In this document: positions 1-28,657 of the stretch, piece by piece
Layout of the letters: each line of letters begins with the position of its first letter
How positions within the stretch are numbered: the first letter of the stretch is position 1
Assembly (NCBI GenBank): GCA_963693365.1
Contig: CAVNZM010000007.1
Location: forward strand, 853,979 to 917,978
From: Amoebidium appalachense
Lineage: Eukaryota > Protista > Ichthyosporea
Direction of reading: 5' to 3'
Length of the DNA stretch: 64,000 nucleotides
Position numbers and translations under genes: made by a program
Notes under the pieces: generated by a model
The model's database searches: none
Seen by the model: only the letters and a program-made list of their open reading frames with translations
Told to the model about the DNA's origin: nothing

Positions 1-10
1 CTCCCTGCAG

Positions 11-126
11 TCCACAGCTGGCGGGCCACAATTACAAATAGAACCACGGCACATTTCAAAGACCCTTCTGATTGCAACGTGACATCTCAGAGCCTATCCT
101 TGGGTCCCTTTCTCGAGTCTTTATAA
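11..126 (+). CDS. Possible terminal exon of an upstream gene (unidentified)
   Basis: CTCCCTGCAG acceptor-like site at 1-10, then a non-repetitive frame (HSWRATITNRTTAHFKDPSDCNVTSQSLSLGPFLESL) ending in TAA at 124-126. No homology recognised. Confidence 0.2.
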
Positions 127-1168
127 TTCACACGCAACAAACCCCCTGATGGGCAGGCAGGCATGCAGGGGCACACATATGCATGTGCGCACACACGCAG
201 GCAGGCAGGCACACACGCATACATGCACATTGCATGCACCGTGCCACACAGACACAGTGAGCACACACATGCACATACAGACACACGTGCACACACACAT
301 CCACACAAGAATCATACGCATGCACACGGTGACACAGACACACACATGCGCAGGCATACACACCAAATTTAGAATCATAGAATATACATCTACACTCGTG
401 ACATGCCCACACCTGGACAATCATGACGCGGACACGGACACGTACACGTGAAAGTTTTTCTTGGGCACGCATGTGTATGAACACGGTGACGCCTTACACA
501 CAAATATTGATTATTGCAACACAAACATTAAAACCATGGCGGTGTTATATCTAACCCTGGAGTTATATTTAGACCGGGACCACGCCTGGCCTTTGTATTT
601 CATCCGACACACAGCTCTTTCATGTGCCTGTTATTCTACCTAATACTTAATGTCTGTGGGTGTTCATTCACTATCCTACTGCGCACTAAAGCATCAAACC
701 ATTCAATTGCTACATGTATAATATATCAGCATCTAATAATAACGTTAACCTTAGCGGATGTGTGCTTCCAACCAAGAGACGAAAGTATGGGCAGAAATAC
801 TAACTTACGTGGCACGGACACGTGTACACCTCCCCCTCCCGGAAAAAAAAAAACAAAAAAACTGCACTGAGCTACAATAAGCTGCTGACAGATGACGCGC
901 GATGTTCAACTTACATAACTGCAAACGAATATATCAAAGCAAATTTTTTTTTTTGTTACATTTCAGTTTGCGTTAATGCAAATGAATATATATGCAAGCA
1001 CAGAGAGTGCCCTATAGAAAAAAGGAAAAAGAAAAGGAAGGAGGGGACAATAATAAAGGCCCCTTCTACACCCACTTTCCACATTATCCCTAACACCACC
1101 CACACACCGTGCTGATAAGCTCCCCCCCCTCCCCCCTCCCCCCCCCCCCCCCCCCCCCCCCCCCTCAA

Positions 1169-1216
<48 letters not shown>

Positions 1217-1226
1217 GCACACACAC

Positions 1227-1561
1227 TCACAGGCGTCTAATCCCCTTCTTCTTATCAACCTTTGCTTTGTCGACCTTTGGTGCTTTCTCTGCCGCCCTCT
1301 TCACCCCCCCATGTCTCTCTTCGTTCTCCTCCGTCCCTCCGTTCTCTTGCCCAACCCCACTAGATGAAGTCTCAACGTTCAATCTCGTGGGGTTTTTTGT
1401 GGGTGATGGTGCTTGTGTGCGGGGTTTTGCGTGAATTTCAGTCATAAGGCGTGCATGACGTGCATATCCATCATAGTCTTCGAGAAGGAGACGACCGGCT
1501 TCATCATTTAGAGCGCTCTCAGGGTTGGGGACGATGAGAAGGCATTTGACGGTCTGTGTGT

Positions 1562-1641
<80 letters not shown>

Positions 1642-2292
1642 GTGGGGGGGAAGGGGGAGGGAGTATGCCTGTGTGTGTGTGAATGTGTGTGTGTGTGTGT
1701 GGTGGTTGGAGGGGGGGTGGGGGGGGGGGGGGGGGGGGTGGGGGGAGGGGGGGGGGGGGGGGGAGAGGGGTAGTATGTGTGTGTGAGTGAGCAAGACAAT
1801 GAGTAAATGAGAGAGAATAAGTGTGTGTGTGGATTGTGTGTAGGCGGTGCGCGCACACCCTTGTATGCTAATGGTCGGATGCATGTAGGGCTAAATTAGC
1901 CCTTTTAGCCCTGACGATCTATTATATTTATCAACATGATTGGGCGATATGTCAATCGTCATCTATTTAGATCATACATTTAGCCCTGAATCACCCGCGG
2001 TTTAGAGGAGGGGGGGGGGGGGGTCCTTTCTAAACTAGCCCAAATACCCCTAGCGGCTTGATTGGCTAAACCGATTTGATTCTAGATCGCGATTCGTCAG
2101 TCCTATCCAAAAGCGGCGTCGACTCATTACATTCCAATTTAGCTGGATAGCCCTGCATGCAACATACCGAAAGGCAATCAGGGCTATTGGGGCTAAATTA
2201 GGGCTATTTTAGCCCTACATGCATCCGACCAATGCCTGAACGTGCATGGGTGAGTTTTGAGGGGGAAAGGGGCGGGGAAGGAGAATGGGGAT

Positions 2293-2328
<36 letters not shown>

Positions 2329-2816
2329 GGGGGGGGGGGGAGGAGTTTTCTGTAGGGGAAACTTCACCCATCATAAAGACATACTATAAGAATATGTCTT
2401 GTGCCAAACCCACCGTCTATTAGTGTAAGTTCATGCATGCTACAGCACACCCACTACAACCATATGACATGGTACCATCAAGCCTCGAAACAAAAAGAAG
2501 AAGGGAAAAAAAAAAAAAAAAAAAAAAAAGAGGAAACAAACAACCAAAACGAAATATCGGGTAGATATATGATAGACACCCACCAGCAAAATGTGCTGAA
2601 TGCCCATGTCCGGCTTCCAGTCCTTCTTCAACGTGTTCACACATATCTCCCCTGTCTGCGTGTTCACGTTCGGATGGAATATTTTCGTGACGAAAAACCC
2701 CTTTGGTGGGGAGCTGGGGAAGTCATTTCCAAGCACAAGGCGCATGCGGAATTTACCCCCGGCATATGGTGTATCCTCTGTATGGCAGAACAACAATGTT
2801 AGCAAAATCCCGTGTG

Positions 2817-2908
<92 letters not shown>

Positions 2909-3185
2909 TGTGTTTTTTGGGGGCGAAGGGGGGTAGGGTGGGGGGAAGGGGGGGGTAAGTGAGTGAGTGAGTGTGTGTGTGTGCGAGTGAGTGAGTGAGT
3001 GAGTGAATGAGTGTGTGTGTATGTGTGTGTGTGTGCTCAAATGTTCAATCGTCAAGGCGGACACATACAACAGCATCAAAAACAAGAGGGGTAAAGAGAC
3101 GCTGAAAAAAAGGAGATTGGCAGCACCGACATACACCCATAGGCACACACGAACACATCCATTTCCAGGGCTGCATCCCCCCTCC

Positions 3186-3217
<32 letters not shown>

Positions 3218-3927
3218 AAAAAAAACAGGAAAAAAAGAGAAAAAAAAAGAAAAAACAAAACAAAAACACAAACACACAAACACATAAACACACACACAGA
3301 CACACACACACACGCAAACACCCCCACACCCCCACAGGCCTATTTCCACCACTATCTCGACACCCTAAATCAACATCCAGAACCAAAACGGAACTACATT
3401 AAGCTGGACAGTATGATACAATACATGCTACCGAAATAATGAGCATCGAAGCCTGCTTCCGTGTATGTGTGTGTGCGTGTGTTGTGTGTGCATGCATACA
3501 CGAGAATGTGTGTATAAGCATGCATGTGCATGTTGTGTGTGCGCTGTGGAGGTACAAAAAATACACATCCAACCCACCTGGACCATCTATAACGGCAAAA
3601 ATGTCCGTCATATCATCCTCCTTAATTTCAACTTTGATGCCCTCGAGGTGTGTGGTCATCAGTTTCTTAACGTCACGGGAAAGCCGTGTAATTACAGCCG
3701 GGGCCAAATTCTCATTCTGTTGGGGAAAAAAAAGGAAAAACATTAGCAAAATAAGGTAACTAACAAGCAAAATGGAAGTAAATTAAAGGGCAAGGAAACC
3801 TCAATGCGACAAATGACTCAAGGTAAGAATCCGCCTGAAATTCACGTTCCACAAGGATTTGAGTTATACTCAGTGATTAAGAGAAGGAGGAGTTGGGATG
3901 GTGGTCGTCGCGGTGTGCACGTGTGCC

Positions 3928-3996
<69 letters not shown>

Positions 3997-5266
3997 GGGC
4001 GGGGGGGGGGGGGGGGGGGTAGAGGAGACGAAGAATGCAACAATGAAAGCCACATAGAGAAAAGTGTGAATGGAATAGAAAGAGAGGAAGAGGCAGGAAG
4101 GTTTGCAAGCGGAGAGGGGGAGAGGGACCGCCGAGCTGGGGTGGGGCATGGGCCTCTGCAGGGGGGAGGGGGTGCGCATTCAACCGTACACATCCAGTGT
4201 TTAGATCAGATAAAGATAAAAAAAGGATGGGGAGGGGGGAAAAGGGCCCAGTGGAGGAGGGGGGGGAGTAGGGGGAAGTATAAATGAAAGAAAAATTGCA
4301 TCTGCTAGGTCGTTTAACTGCGAAATATATGTTTCCCTCTCTCCCCTTCCACACCTATTCTCCCCCCCCCCCCCCCCAAAAAAAAAAAAAAAAAAAAAAA
4401 GGGAAAAAAAAAAGAAATAAACTTAACACAACAAAACACATACACACACACACGCACACGCACACGCACACATGCACGCACACACTGATTTAGGCACGCA
4501 GGCACGCACGTACACACACACACACACTTCCTCAAAACTATTTTCCCTTTCTCGAATCAATTTGCGCAGAAGTAAAGTAAAAGGAGAGAAAACAGAAACC
4601 ATTAGACAACAACGAAACACCAGCCTGCACACGTCCGAAATGGAAAAACGATTTAAAAAGGGGGGGGGGGGGGGGGGGGGGGGGGGTGCAAACAAAGGCC
4701 GTGCCAAAATCATATGCTCGCATCCCCACTAAGCGAAGCTTGTGTTCCTCGTCCAACAATGCGTGGAGGCACGAAACGGAAAAATACAGAAACAAAAACA
4801 CAACACAAGGCATGTCCTCCTACCAAAAGCACCTGCCTGTAAGAACCATAATAACAATTTCTGTAGTTCGGACCAGGGAACAATATCAACCGACATCTAG
4901 CCCTCACTTCAACAACGTTACCTGCACACAACAACAGAAAAAACCTCTTATAAACCACGAAACATATAGGCGCGCGTATGTACCCGCCACCACACGCACA
5001 CCTAGACACCGTCACGCGTGTCCGTGGGTTCTATGTGCGTCTAATGACATGTGCGTCTTACGTTCGTACACAAACACACACATTCACACAGGACCCTGCA
5101 CGCAAAAGCACCTTTGCGCAAACGCAAACGTCCATACGCACGAACACGCACGATAACATTGGAAACGCACAAATGCCCAGGCCCGCACACACGGACACGT
5201 ACAACCATCTACACGGTACGAAACTGACACAGAAATAAACAGCAAAGCATAACTCACCGCAGCCAT
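1227..5266 (-). CDS. UBE2S: Ubiquitin-conjugating enzyme E2 S (APC/C K11 chain-elongating E2), 4 exons, 222 aa
   Basis: Exons 5266-5258 (MAA), 3716-3578 ([16 protein letters not shown]...IDGP), 2777-2584 (EDTPYAGG...KIFHPNV...[12 protein letters not shown]...HILL), 1553-1227 ([27 protein letters not shown]...KKKGIRRL*). All GT-AG with consistent phase. HPN motif, catalytic Cys and the basic C-terminal RRL tail are typical of UBE2S. Confidence 0.96.
1873..2230. mobile_element. MITE (non-autonomous TIR transposon), PIF/Harbinger-like, in UBE2S intron 3
   Basis: 31-bp terminal inverted repeats GGTCGGATGCATGTAGGGCTAAA(T/A)TAGCCCT with 1 mismatch; 3-bp AAT duplication at 1870-1872 and 2231-2233; repeated subterminal TAGCCC/GGGCTA motifs; no coding capacity. 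Superfamily inferred from the 3-bp TSD and GG-starting TIR. Confidence 0.82.
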
Positions 5267-5973
5267 TCTCGTTGCAGTCCCCAACGACCGTCCACTTCCG
5301 CTTTGCCTTCAAAAAACGCTTGTGTAGCTCTTAATTCTCCTACGTAATGGTCTTTGAAAAGTAGCATTACACCCAAAGATGCATCCCACACAAGAACGTT
5401 TGGTGTCTCAGCTGTACAACGCTCTCTGTTCTCTGAAAAACGCAAAAGATGTCAGAAAAAAGCTGGAAAAAATAAAATAAAAAATGGAAGAAATATCAAG
5501 TGCTATATACTGGCTCCTAACAAAACCTATATAGAAATCGTTTGTATACCGCCCTACGTTAACATAGCTACGCACAAACATCTACATATACATTCTCTCG
5601 TCGCTTTTCCCGTTTACTTACCGTTGAATTCGAACGGTGGTGACACCGCAACTGTGATGAATCGAGATAAGAAGTGCTCAATGAGCCAATCAGTGCCAGA
5701 AACAATTTAAATCTTATAAATGTTGATTAGCTAATCATACGAATGTATTAGTCAATGGTTTGTTTATGATTACAAATAAAAGTTACCTCACAGAGCGAAT
5801 CACTGATCCGAGCTGACGGTTCTCCAAATCGACCCGCTGCTGACTCGACCCGCTACCCAGATTTCCCTTTTCTTGGCAACCAGTCGCCGGCTTTTATTTT
5901 TTTTGAGGCTTCGTTTTCTTTTCGTTCAACTAACCTTTTCATCTGTACATACCCAAGTAGGGAGTTTTCGAAG
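5267..5973. promoter_or_regulatory. Divergent promoter region UBE2S/COPE
   Basis: About 700 bp, free of microsatellites, between head-to-head start codons. CCAAT at 5686-5690; TCGACCCGCT twice (5829-5838, 5845-5854). Confidence 0.6.
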
Positions 5974-6373
5974 ATGGATGAGCTTTTTGATGTGCGCAAT
6001 AACTTCTATCTTGGCCATTACCAACCATGCATCAACGCAGCGCAGAAAATGAACCCATCCTCACCCGATGTTAAGTCAGAGAGGGACATCTACATGTACA
6101 GAGCTTACATTGCACAGGGCAAATACAACACAGTTCTGAACGAGATTCCAGACAATGCAAAGGCGGAATTGAAGGCTGTTAAGCTCTATGCGCAGTACAT
6201 GCAGAACGCTGCTCAGCGCACGCGAGTGATTGAGGCTCTGGATACGCTTTTGGCAGGTGAGCCACTCGGAAGATTGGTGTGGGGATGTTGTGTTTGGGTT
6301 GGGTGGATGCTTGGTTTCAGCTGTTGTGTGTGAGGGACCTTTTTCTTTTGGTGTATGATGGCAGTGTAGCGTG

Positions 6374-6438
<65 letters not shown>

Positions 6439-6705
6439 AGGGGGGGGAGGGGGTTGAAGGGTTTATGTTTCTGTGAGCGAGTAAGGGGATAGGGAGGGAG
6501 GGGGGGGGAAGGTGTGTTTGAGGGAGAGGGGGGGGAAGGGGGAGGGGGAGGGAGAGGCGTTTAGTAACTTTGTGGTTTGACATGTAATTACCCTGTGCTT
6601 GTTTGTAGTGCAAGTTTTTACTCGGGCTTTCCCTTTCTCTTCATGTCTCGTTTTCGTTTGCGTCAGGGTTGGATGGGGTGGGGCATGGGTGGGGTGGTGT
6701 GTGTG

Positions 6706-6773
<68 letters not shown>

Positions 6774-8064
6774 GGGGGGGGGGGGAGGGGGGGGGGGGCT
6801 CGAGATGCATGCTTGACAGTCAGCGGAAATTGTGCCATGTATTAACTTTAAAGCGTACGAGGGAAGAAACGGACCTTATGGGAGGGCTGGAGGGGGCTTG
6901 AGAAGGACGAGCACGGGAAGGGGGGAGGGGGGAATGAGTAGCAGTGATGAGGCATGGATTATTTTTCTTTGTGCTTCTTGTTGCAAGGGGGCAGCTTGCT
7001 AGAGGGAGAAAGTGTGTTTCTTCCGTGCTTCCTTTCTCTCTCTCTCTCTCTTTTTTTTCGCGGAGGAGGTGGTGGGGGGCTCAGGGGGAAGGGGGAGGGA
7101 GGAGAGCCGGGGGGAGGGGGGAGGGGGGAAGAGGGATGGTGTGTATGCGTGTGTGTGTGCGTTTGGGGGGGGGGGGGGGGGGGGGGGTAAGCCTCAATAT
7201 GATTCCTGTTGTAATAATGGCGTTCGTTAGACACCCCGACAAGTTCCAGTAATAGGAAGGGTGGACAAATACGAATATGGCCGTTGTCTACAAGTGGGCC
7301 GGGGTGCACTGACACGTACATGTCCCTGTCTTGTGTTGTGGTTTTGCTGGGTGTAGCCTCTCATTGACCGGCTTTTGGAAAGGGCCTAAGTTTAGATGTT
7401 CATCTATTCTCTTTCCCCCCGTTCTTCCTTTTTCTCATTATTGCTTTCGCTTTTTTGCCGTCTTGTTATTTACCAGGGGGGGGGGGGGGGGGAAGGGAGG
7501 TTGATTGGTGGGTGGGTAGTAGTGATGGTGTTGGGGGAAAAGGAAGGGGGGGGGGGGGGGGTTGATGAATTCCTGGGAGCGTATGAGCTTGGCTCCTGTT
7601 GATACTCGTTTTTGTTCGTGTCAGTTTAGTTCCTGTTTGGGGATGGTGAGGCGGGAAGGTTTGTGAGCTTGCCATGTGTGCCAGTTGAGTTAGTGGTTGT
7701 TGTTGTTTGAATTTCAGACGGTTTCTGCCCCCCCCCCCCCCCCCAAACACGCACACAGTGCGACCTCTTTTGTGGTGTGTGATGGGGAAAAGAGGTGGTG
7801 GTGGTGGTGTGTGTGTGTGTGGGGGGGGGGGGGAGGATTGGCTCCTCTCTTATTCCTGCAGAAAGCGTTTGAGAAGCACAGGTTGTGAGATTATTTGTAG
7901 TGAATTTGCAGGTGCACAAAAATAGGAGCGGAGATGTGGTGGTTCATGTTTTGTGTTTTTACTTGGCAGGAAAGGGCAGGGATGAAGTGGTTGGGCATGA
8001 GAGGGCTTGGGTGAGGTGTTTGAAGGCAAGGCCCCCGGGGGAAGGGGGAGGGGGGGGGGGGGGG

Positions 8065-8098
<34 letters not shown>

Positions 8099-8356
8099 GC
8101 AACACAGCTACTGCATATTGCGTGGGATCGTGTATGTAGGGTTTTTTTTAACCGTAGGGTATATTGTGTCTTTTTATGGGGTATATTCGATTTATGTGGA
8201 AGAAGAATGTTGGATTTGGGAACGTGGGAACTTGACTTGTGGGCACGTTACTCTCGGGGTATGCTTCCTTTGGTGTTTGGTTTTTCTTTACCCCCCCCCC
8301 CCCCCCCCCCCCCTTTTTTTTTTTTCCCCCCCCCCCCCCCCCCCCCCCAAAAAAAA

Positions 8357-8389
<33 letters not shown>

Positions 8390-9058
8390 TCAGTATAAAT
8401 GAGTGGGACGTCTGGGCAACCTTTCTTGCTAGCCCACACCCCCCATACTGCATACTGTATTTATCCTTGTTTCTTATTATTATGTTGTGGTACCCGATAT
8501 GAATTGATAGCTTATTCCCCCCCCCCCCCCCCCCCCCCTCCTCCTCGCTGTGTGTGCCTGTGCCTGTGTTGTATCCGTATATGTGCCACAATATTCATCC
8601 GTCTTTTACGGGATCAGAAGGCAGATTTCCCACCCGACCACCATCCACCACCAACAACCACCGAACCAAACTCTAAATTCCAATCTCCAATCATCCATCC
8701 TGACAAAATTTCAACCCCCAACCCTCCATACAGACCCGTTCACAGCTAACCCCAAATTCCAATCTTCAATCCAGATCCGATCACCCCTAACACGAAAATC
8801 CGATCACCAATTCTCCATCCAGATCCGATCATCACTAATCCCAAATTTCAATCTCCGATTGCAGATCCGATTACAGGCAGCAGCCCGACCGTGCAGCTGA
8901 TGGGAGGGACTGTGTGCTATCTTGAGGGAGACTATGACAAGGCCATGCGGACTGTGTCATCAGCATCTACCTTGGAGTGTGTGGCCCTGATCGTACAGGC
9001 TTGCCTCAAGATCGATAGGGTCGACGTGGCTCAGAAGGAGCTCAAGAGGTATTTTGGG

Positions 9059-9097
<39 letters not shown>

Positions 9098-9141
9098 ACC
9101 ACCACCACCACCACCGCGAAACTCGCGTATTGTGGATCCCC

Positions 9142-9179
<38 letters not shown>

Positions 9180-9401
9180 CTGAGGATGGGCTCTGTGTGT
9201 TGTGCATGCTGTTTATGTGTGGTTTGCACTCTGTATTGTGTTATGACAGTGTAGTTCGTATTCTATAACGTATTCTAACACCCCCCCCCTGTTGATAGGC
9301 TCTGTTCAAGTGTCTTCTGGCTGCACACTTGTCATTTTTGTGACGTTTTTGTTGTTGCTCTTTGTTGTCTCCTCCATATTTCCAACCCTCTAACGAATAC
9401 A

Positions 9402-9435
<34 letters not shown>

Positions 9436-9860
9436 CCCCTCCCCCCCTCCCCCCTCCCCTCCTCCCACCTCGAGGGACCGAGGATGGGCTCTGTGTGTTG
9501 TGCATGCTGTTTGTGTGTGGTTTGCACTCTGCATTGTGTTGTTATGTTAGGGATGTGTAGACCGCGCTCTATCCCCCTCTTTTTCAAACAGTTGCGCGCG
9601 CACACACCTGTGGACGTGAGGATCTCGTCTCCTGTGCATCGTCTTTTCCATTCGAGCTCCCCTGCCTCCCCTCCACACATGCGCGAACACTGCCTCCCCT
9701 CCACACATGCGCGAACACGCGCGCGGGCACACACACACACAGAGAGAGAGAGAGACAGAAACACACACACATTCACATGCACACACACACTCACACACAC
9801 ACGCGCACAGACACACACAGACACAGACACACATATTCACGCACACACACAACACACACA

Positions 9861-9915
<55 letters not shown>

Positions 9916-9916
9916 G

Positions 9917-9960
<44 letters not shown>

Positions 9961-10692
9961 CTTGCTCACACCATGCTTGCACACGCCTCTGCACATCTGA
10001 CGGTTCACACATGTTCAGGCCCTTACACCCAAAGCACACGCACACACCCGATAAAAGAGTACGCACAACTGCAACCCCCCCCCCCCCCCCCCTCTCCCCC
10101 CCCAACCTTCACCCTCTCCATCACCATCTGCGGCCAGCAGCCGATTTTCTTCTGCTCCTCCCCTCCCCGCCCCCCCCCTCCCCCCCCCCCCCCCCCTCTC
10201 CCGCTCCCCTTCGTCCCCCCCCCCCCCCCCCCCCTCCCCCCGCCCCCCACCCCCTCTCCCTCACTCTATTCTCACACTCTCCCTCTCAGGATGTCGCAGA
10301 TAGACGATGATGCGACACTGACGCAGCTAGCGACTGCCTGGGTTGACCTGAGTGTGGGGGGGGACAAGTACCAGGATGCTTACTACATCTACCAGGACCT
10401 CAAGGTCAAGTATAGCCCATCGGCTATGCTGCTCAACGGCGAGGCTGCTTGCCTCATCCACCAGGTATGCAATGATCAGTGGAGATTCTTGGGTTTTTTT
10501 TTTTTTTTTTTTTTTTTTTTGTATTTCTCGTCTGTTTGTTTATTTCCCTTTTTCTCAAGATGCTCTCTTTTGAAAGGGTTTTGTGTCTTCTTTTGGGTTT
10601 GTTCTTTTCTTTTTTGCAACCTACGTATGATACGTGCGTGCATGCATGCATGCATGCGTGCATGCAGGGGTTTGTGTGTGTGTGTGTGTGTG

Positions 10693-10756
<64 letters not shown>

Positions 10757-11130
10757 GGGGGAGGGGGGGGGGGGCGGGGGGGGGGGGGGGGGGGGGGGGG
10801 GGACGTTTATCTATGTGATGTTTTCCCCTGCCTGATGTTTGCCTGTGATGGTTTTTAAAGACACCCCGCTAACCCCCATCCTACCCCCAGGGCAAGTTCG
10901 GTGATGCCGAGTCTCTCCTCCAAGAGGCCCTCAGCAGTGACCCCAATGACGTGCAGACCCTGGTCAACCTCATTGTGGTCTCCCAGCAACTGGCTAAGCA
11001 TCCCGAGGTTTCCCGCAGATATCTGAGCCAGCTTCAGGACATGGCGCCTAACCACCCGTTTGTCAAGCAGTATGCTAGCTATGAGGATGCTTTTGGCCGC
11101 TCCGCTGCCAAGTATTCGTTGGGTGCTTGA
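5974..11130 (+). CDS. COPE: Coatomer subunit epsilon (epsilon-COP), 4 exons, about 293 aa
   Basis: Exons 5974-6256 ([24 protein letters not shown]...), 8865-9048 ([15 protein letters not shown]...[25 protein letters not shown]), 10290-10464 ([17 protein letters not shown]...[10 protein letters not shown]...[12 protein letters not shown]), 10891-11130 ([14 protein letters not shown]...TGA). GT-AG with consistent phase; hallmark COPE motifs. Confidence 0.96.
9115..9280 (+). repeat. Dispersed CTGAGGATGGGCTCTG-family element in COPE intron 2 (second partial copy at 9478-9546)
   Basis: CGAAACTC at 9117, CTGAGGATGGGCTCTG at 9180, and a 3' GTGTAGTTCGTA...CGTATTCTAAC end, all shared with the 50297 copy and/or the 453-bp array. 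Confidence 0.7.
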
Positions 11131-11225
11131 GTGTGTGAATGTGTGTGTGTGTATTGGGAGTCTGAGGGGTGGGGTGGGTGGGTGTGTGTTTGTGGACCGG
11201 AGGGGGTGAATGTGTGTGTGTATAT

Positions 11226-11268
<43 letters not shown>

Positions 11269-11718
11269 TGAGACTGGTAAGAGTTTTGTGGTTGGTGGAG
11301 CATGCAGCTCTACTTTGAACATGTTATATGCACTTCAGAGATTGTGTGAACATATCAAGAAATATACTCGTGAGAATTACACACACCTGTGACATCAATC
11401 TGAAAATGGTACTTACCTTCTACACTTCATTTCCTTCTTGAGGCATCCATCGAAGAAGAAGTGGGGTTTCTTGGGGGAAGGGGGGGGGGGGGGGGGGGGG
11501 GGGGAGTTCATGTCCAAGCATTTAAGGTATTTGGGGTTTTCCGTGTTTTTTTCCCCGTTTTTTGTAGCTGTGATTGCATGTGAATATGACCGGTGGCAGA
11601 GCTGGCTACTGCCCCGGTCCAGATATACTCCGTGAGTACAAATATGGTCTATTAGAATGGCAAATGTACGTAGAGCCACCCTGCCATGTGTTGAAGCGTA
11701 ATCGCCCGATAACAATCT

Positions 11719-11751
<33 letters not shown>

Positions 11752-11798
11752 ACCACCACCACCACGACCACCACGACCACCACCACCCCCCACCCCAA

Positions 11799-11868
<70 letters not shown>

Positions 11869-12224
11869 ACAAAACACCACCACTACCACCACCACCGGAA
11901 GACATGCGCGGGCACCCTCCCACACACATGCTCACACTCATGCTCACACTCATGCTCACAGGCACACCTACAGTGACATACACACACACACACACTCTCT
12001 CTCTCTCTCTCTCTCTCTCATGCACAGACAATCACAATCACTCACACAATCGCACTCACTCGCATTTGCACTCACACGCACACGCACATGTCCACTCACA
12101 CACCTTCCACACACACACACACACACGTCACACACTACATCATGATTAATGAATCAATTTCGTATGCCATAGCACGTTGGCATTTCACACGTCCTCAGTG
12201 AGGTCAGTATGGGGGTAATTAGTT

Positions 12225-12619
12225 TCAAGTTACCGTGACACCCGAGTACTATACAAATAGTGTTTTGGCTTTGCCCAACTATGGCACTCACGTACACGTG
12301 CACACACACACACACACATGTATGCATTCATATGCACATGCATATGTGTACGCGCGCGCGCACACACACACACACACCTGGCACACACAGACATACGTGA
12401 GACTAGGTGTGTGCACGTCTTGACCCACGGCCCTCTGAAAAAAAGAGGGCCGTGCTTGACATTACAAATTCAATCACCGTGACACCCGAGCATGTGTATA
12501 GTGGTTTGGCTATCTTTGCTCAATTGTGGCACTCACGTACACACACAGTCACAGTGTCACACATGTATGCATTCGTATGCACATGTGCACGCGCACGCAC
12601 ACACACACATATGTACACA

Positions 12620-12655
<36 letters not shown>

Positions 12656-12702
12656 CACACACACACACACACACGTGACACTAGGTGTGTGCACGTCTTG
12701 AT
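12225..12702. repeat. Degenerate ~245-bp direct duplication between the convergent COPE and SDR 3' ends
   Basis: Blocks ACCGTGACACCCGAG ... TGGCACTCACGTACAC ... ATGTATGCATTC ... CTAGGTGTGTGCACGTCTTGA recur in order at about 12232-12423 and 12476-12701. Confidence 0.7.
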
Positions 12703-13183
12703 CCATCGACCACATATTCCCTGGGGGAGATGTAACATGCCCAGCACTACAACCAACACCATTGGCCATTATATGATACACGATAGCTATATTTATCATG
12801 CTAATGCTAAAAAAAGACACGGCCAGTGTGTCATGGCATGACGATAACCTCCCCAAATACATCTATATACCAGTTTTGATGTACAACGCTGAATTAGTCA
12901 TAAACCCACACAGCCAAATTTTTAAAATTGATGTACCACTAGTCTAAGGCTTACATACATCGTCCCATATAGTGAGGTTTTTGCGGGACTTAAATCTTAA
13001 AAAACCTAAATGCTCACATGAGCAACAGGCACCTCCGCACCGTGATTGCACGGCTGGACCAAGCAAATGCAATTTCACAGCCCCCAAAATATACCAAAAA
13101 AATTGAACACACATCAGTTTATAATCTATCGGATCCCACCACCGCTCCTTTCTCCTTTCTCCCCTCAATTCTACCAATAAAAC

Positions 13184-17195
<4,012 letters not shown>

Positions 17196-17928
17196 GTTGC
17201 GATGTGAGGTATTAGGATGGGGTGCCCTGTAATCTGTAGAAGGCGGTTAAAGTAAAAAGGGCTGTGAGAATGTGTGGCCTTACACAGTCGGAACTGGGGT
17301 GTTTTTGACAGCCCGCTTTCAAAGTTTCTCTGTTTTTTTCTTCTTTGCTTTCGACCTTGTCTTTTTTTTTTTTTTTTTTTTTTTTTTCGTAGCGCATCAT
17401 GATTGGATAACATCAATAATCACAATTTGCGTAAATGTCATTACAATCATCTCTTCCTTCTATACGATTGGCTTACTAGCTTTTGGCGCCCTGTACTTTT
17501 AACTATCAAACCAATCACAAAGCACTATTTTATCCCAGTTATTTTATGACGTCACGGGACGTGATTCGAACACCGCCCCGCCGCTGAAGTTGTCGGTCCG
17601 TCAACCGAGGCAGTCATACAAGTGAGGTCGTGTGTGGGAAGGGGCTATGGAAGGGTGCTGAGTGTGGTGTATCCTACCTGTGACAAACAAACAGGGTCAC
17701 GCAGGGTCTAGGCTGCTGTGTGGGACTCAAAATCTGTTCATTTCCACTCTCTCTCGATTTCGGCACCCTCTCCACCCCCTGAAACTTCGCGACCACTATT
17801 AGACTTCATATCCCTTCAGTTTTCGCTCCCGTTTACACTGACCAACACACACGCACGCATAGGAACACACGCACACTATATACACTGCAATTAACTACCT
17901 CTAATCACACGGGCACGGCAACGCCAAC
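17196..17928. promoter_or_regulatory. Divergent promoter region SDR/LCAT-like
   Basis: Head-to-head genes about 730 bp apart. Perfect CRE palindrome TGACGTCA at 17547-17554; CCAAT/ATTGG at 17402, 17467 and 17511. Confidence 0.55.
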
Positions 17929-28238
<10,310 letters not shown>

Positions 28239-28592
28239 TGGAAAGGCGCGCCGAGGGGTGGATGAAAGTACAGACCGATATTGAATGATATGATTTATGC
28301 ACGACGGTGGGTGGTTCGGTGTTCTCAGCCTCTGCTTTGTGGCCGGGATGGGGCTTGAAAAAAAAGTTTTGGGGGGGAATTTCAAGGGGGGGGGGGGGGG
28401 GGGGGGGGGACTACGACTCGGGGCTGGAGCAGGTGGCACTGCAGCTTGAGAAAAAAAATTATTTGAACCAGTGAAATCGAATGCCCACGCTCTGCGACAC
28501 CGATTGCGAAGTGCTTCGTTTAGCCGGGATCTCTCATGGAACTTATGATACAGAAGAGCTGATTCATCAAATGTGAGACTACGTGGTCACCC

Positions 28593-28657
<65 letters not shown>

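Noticed and set aside
1576-1640. Very long poly-G tract as a specific G-quadruplex element
   Set aside because: Similar tracts occur throughout the window, and homopolymer lengths are unreliable without raw reads.
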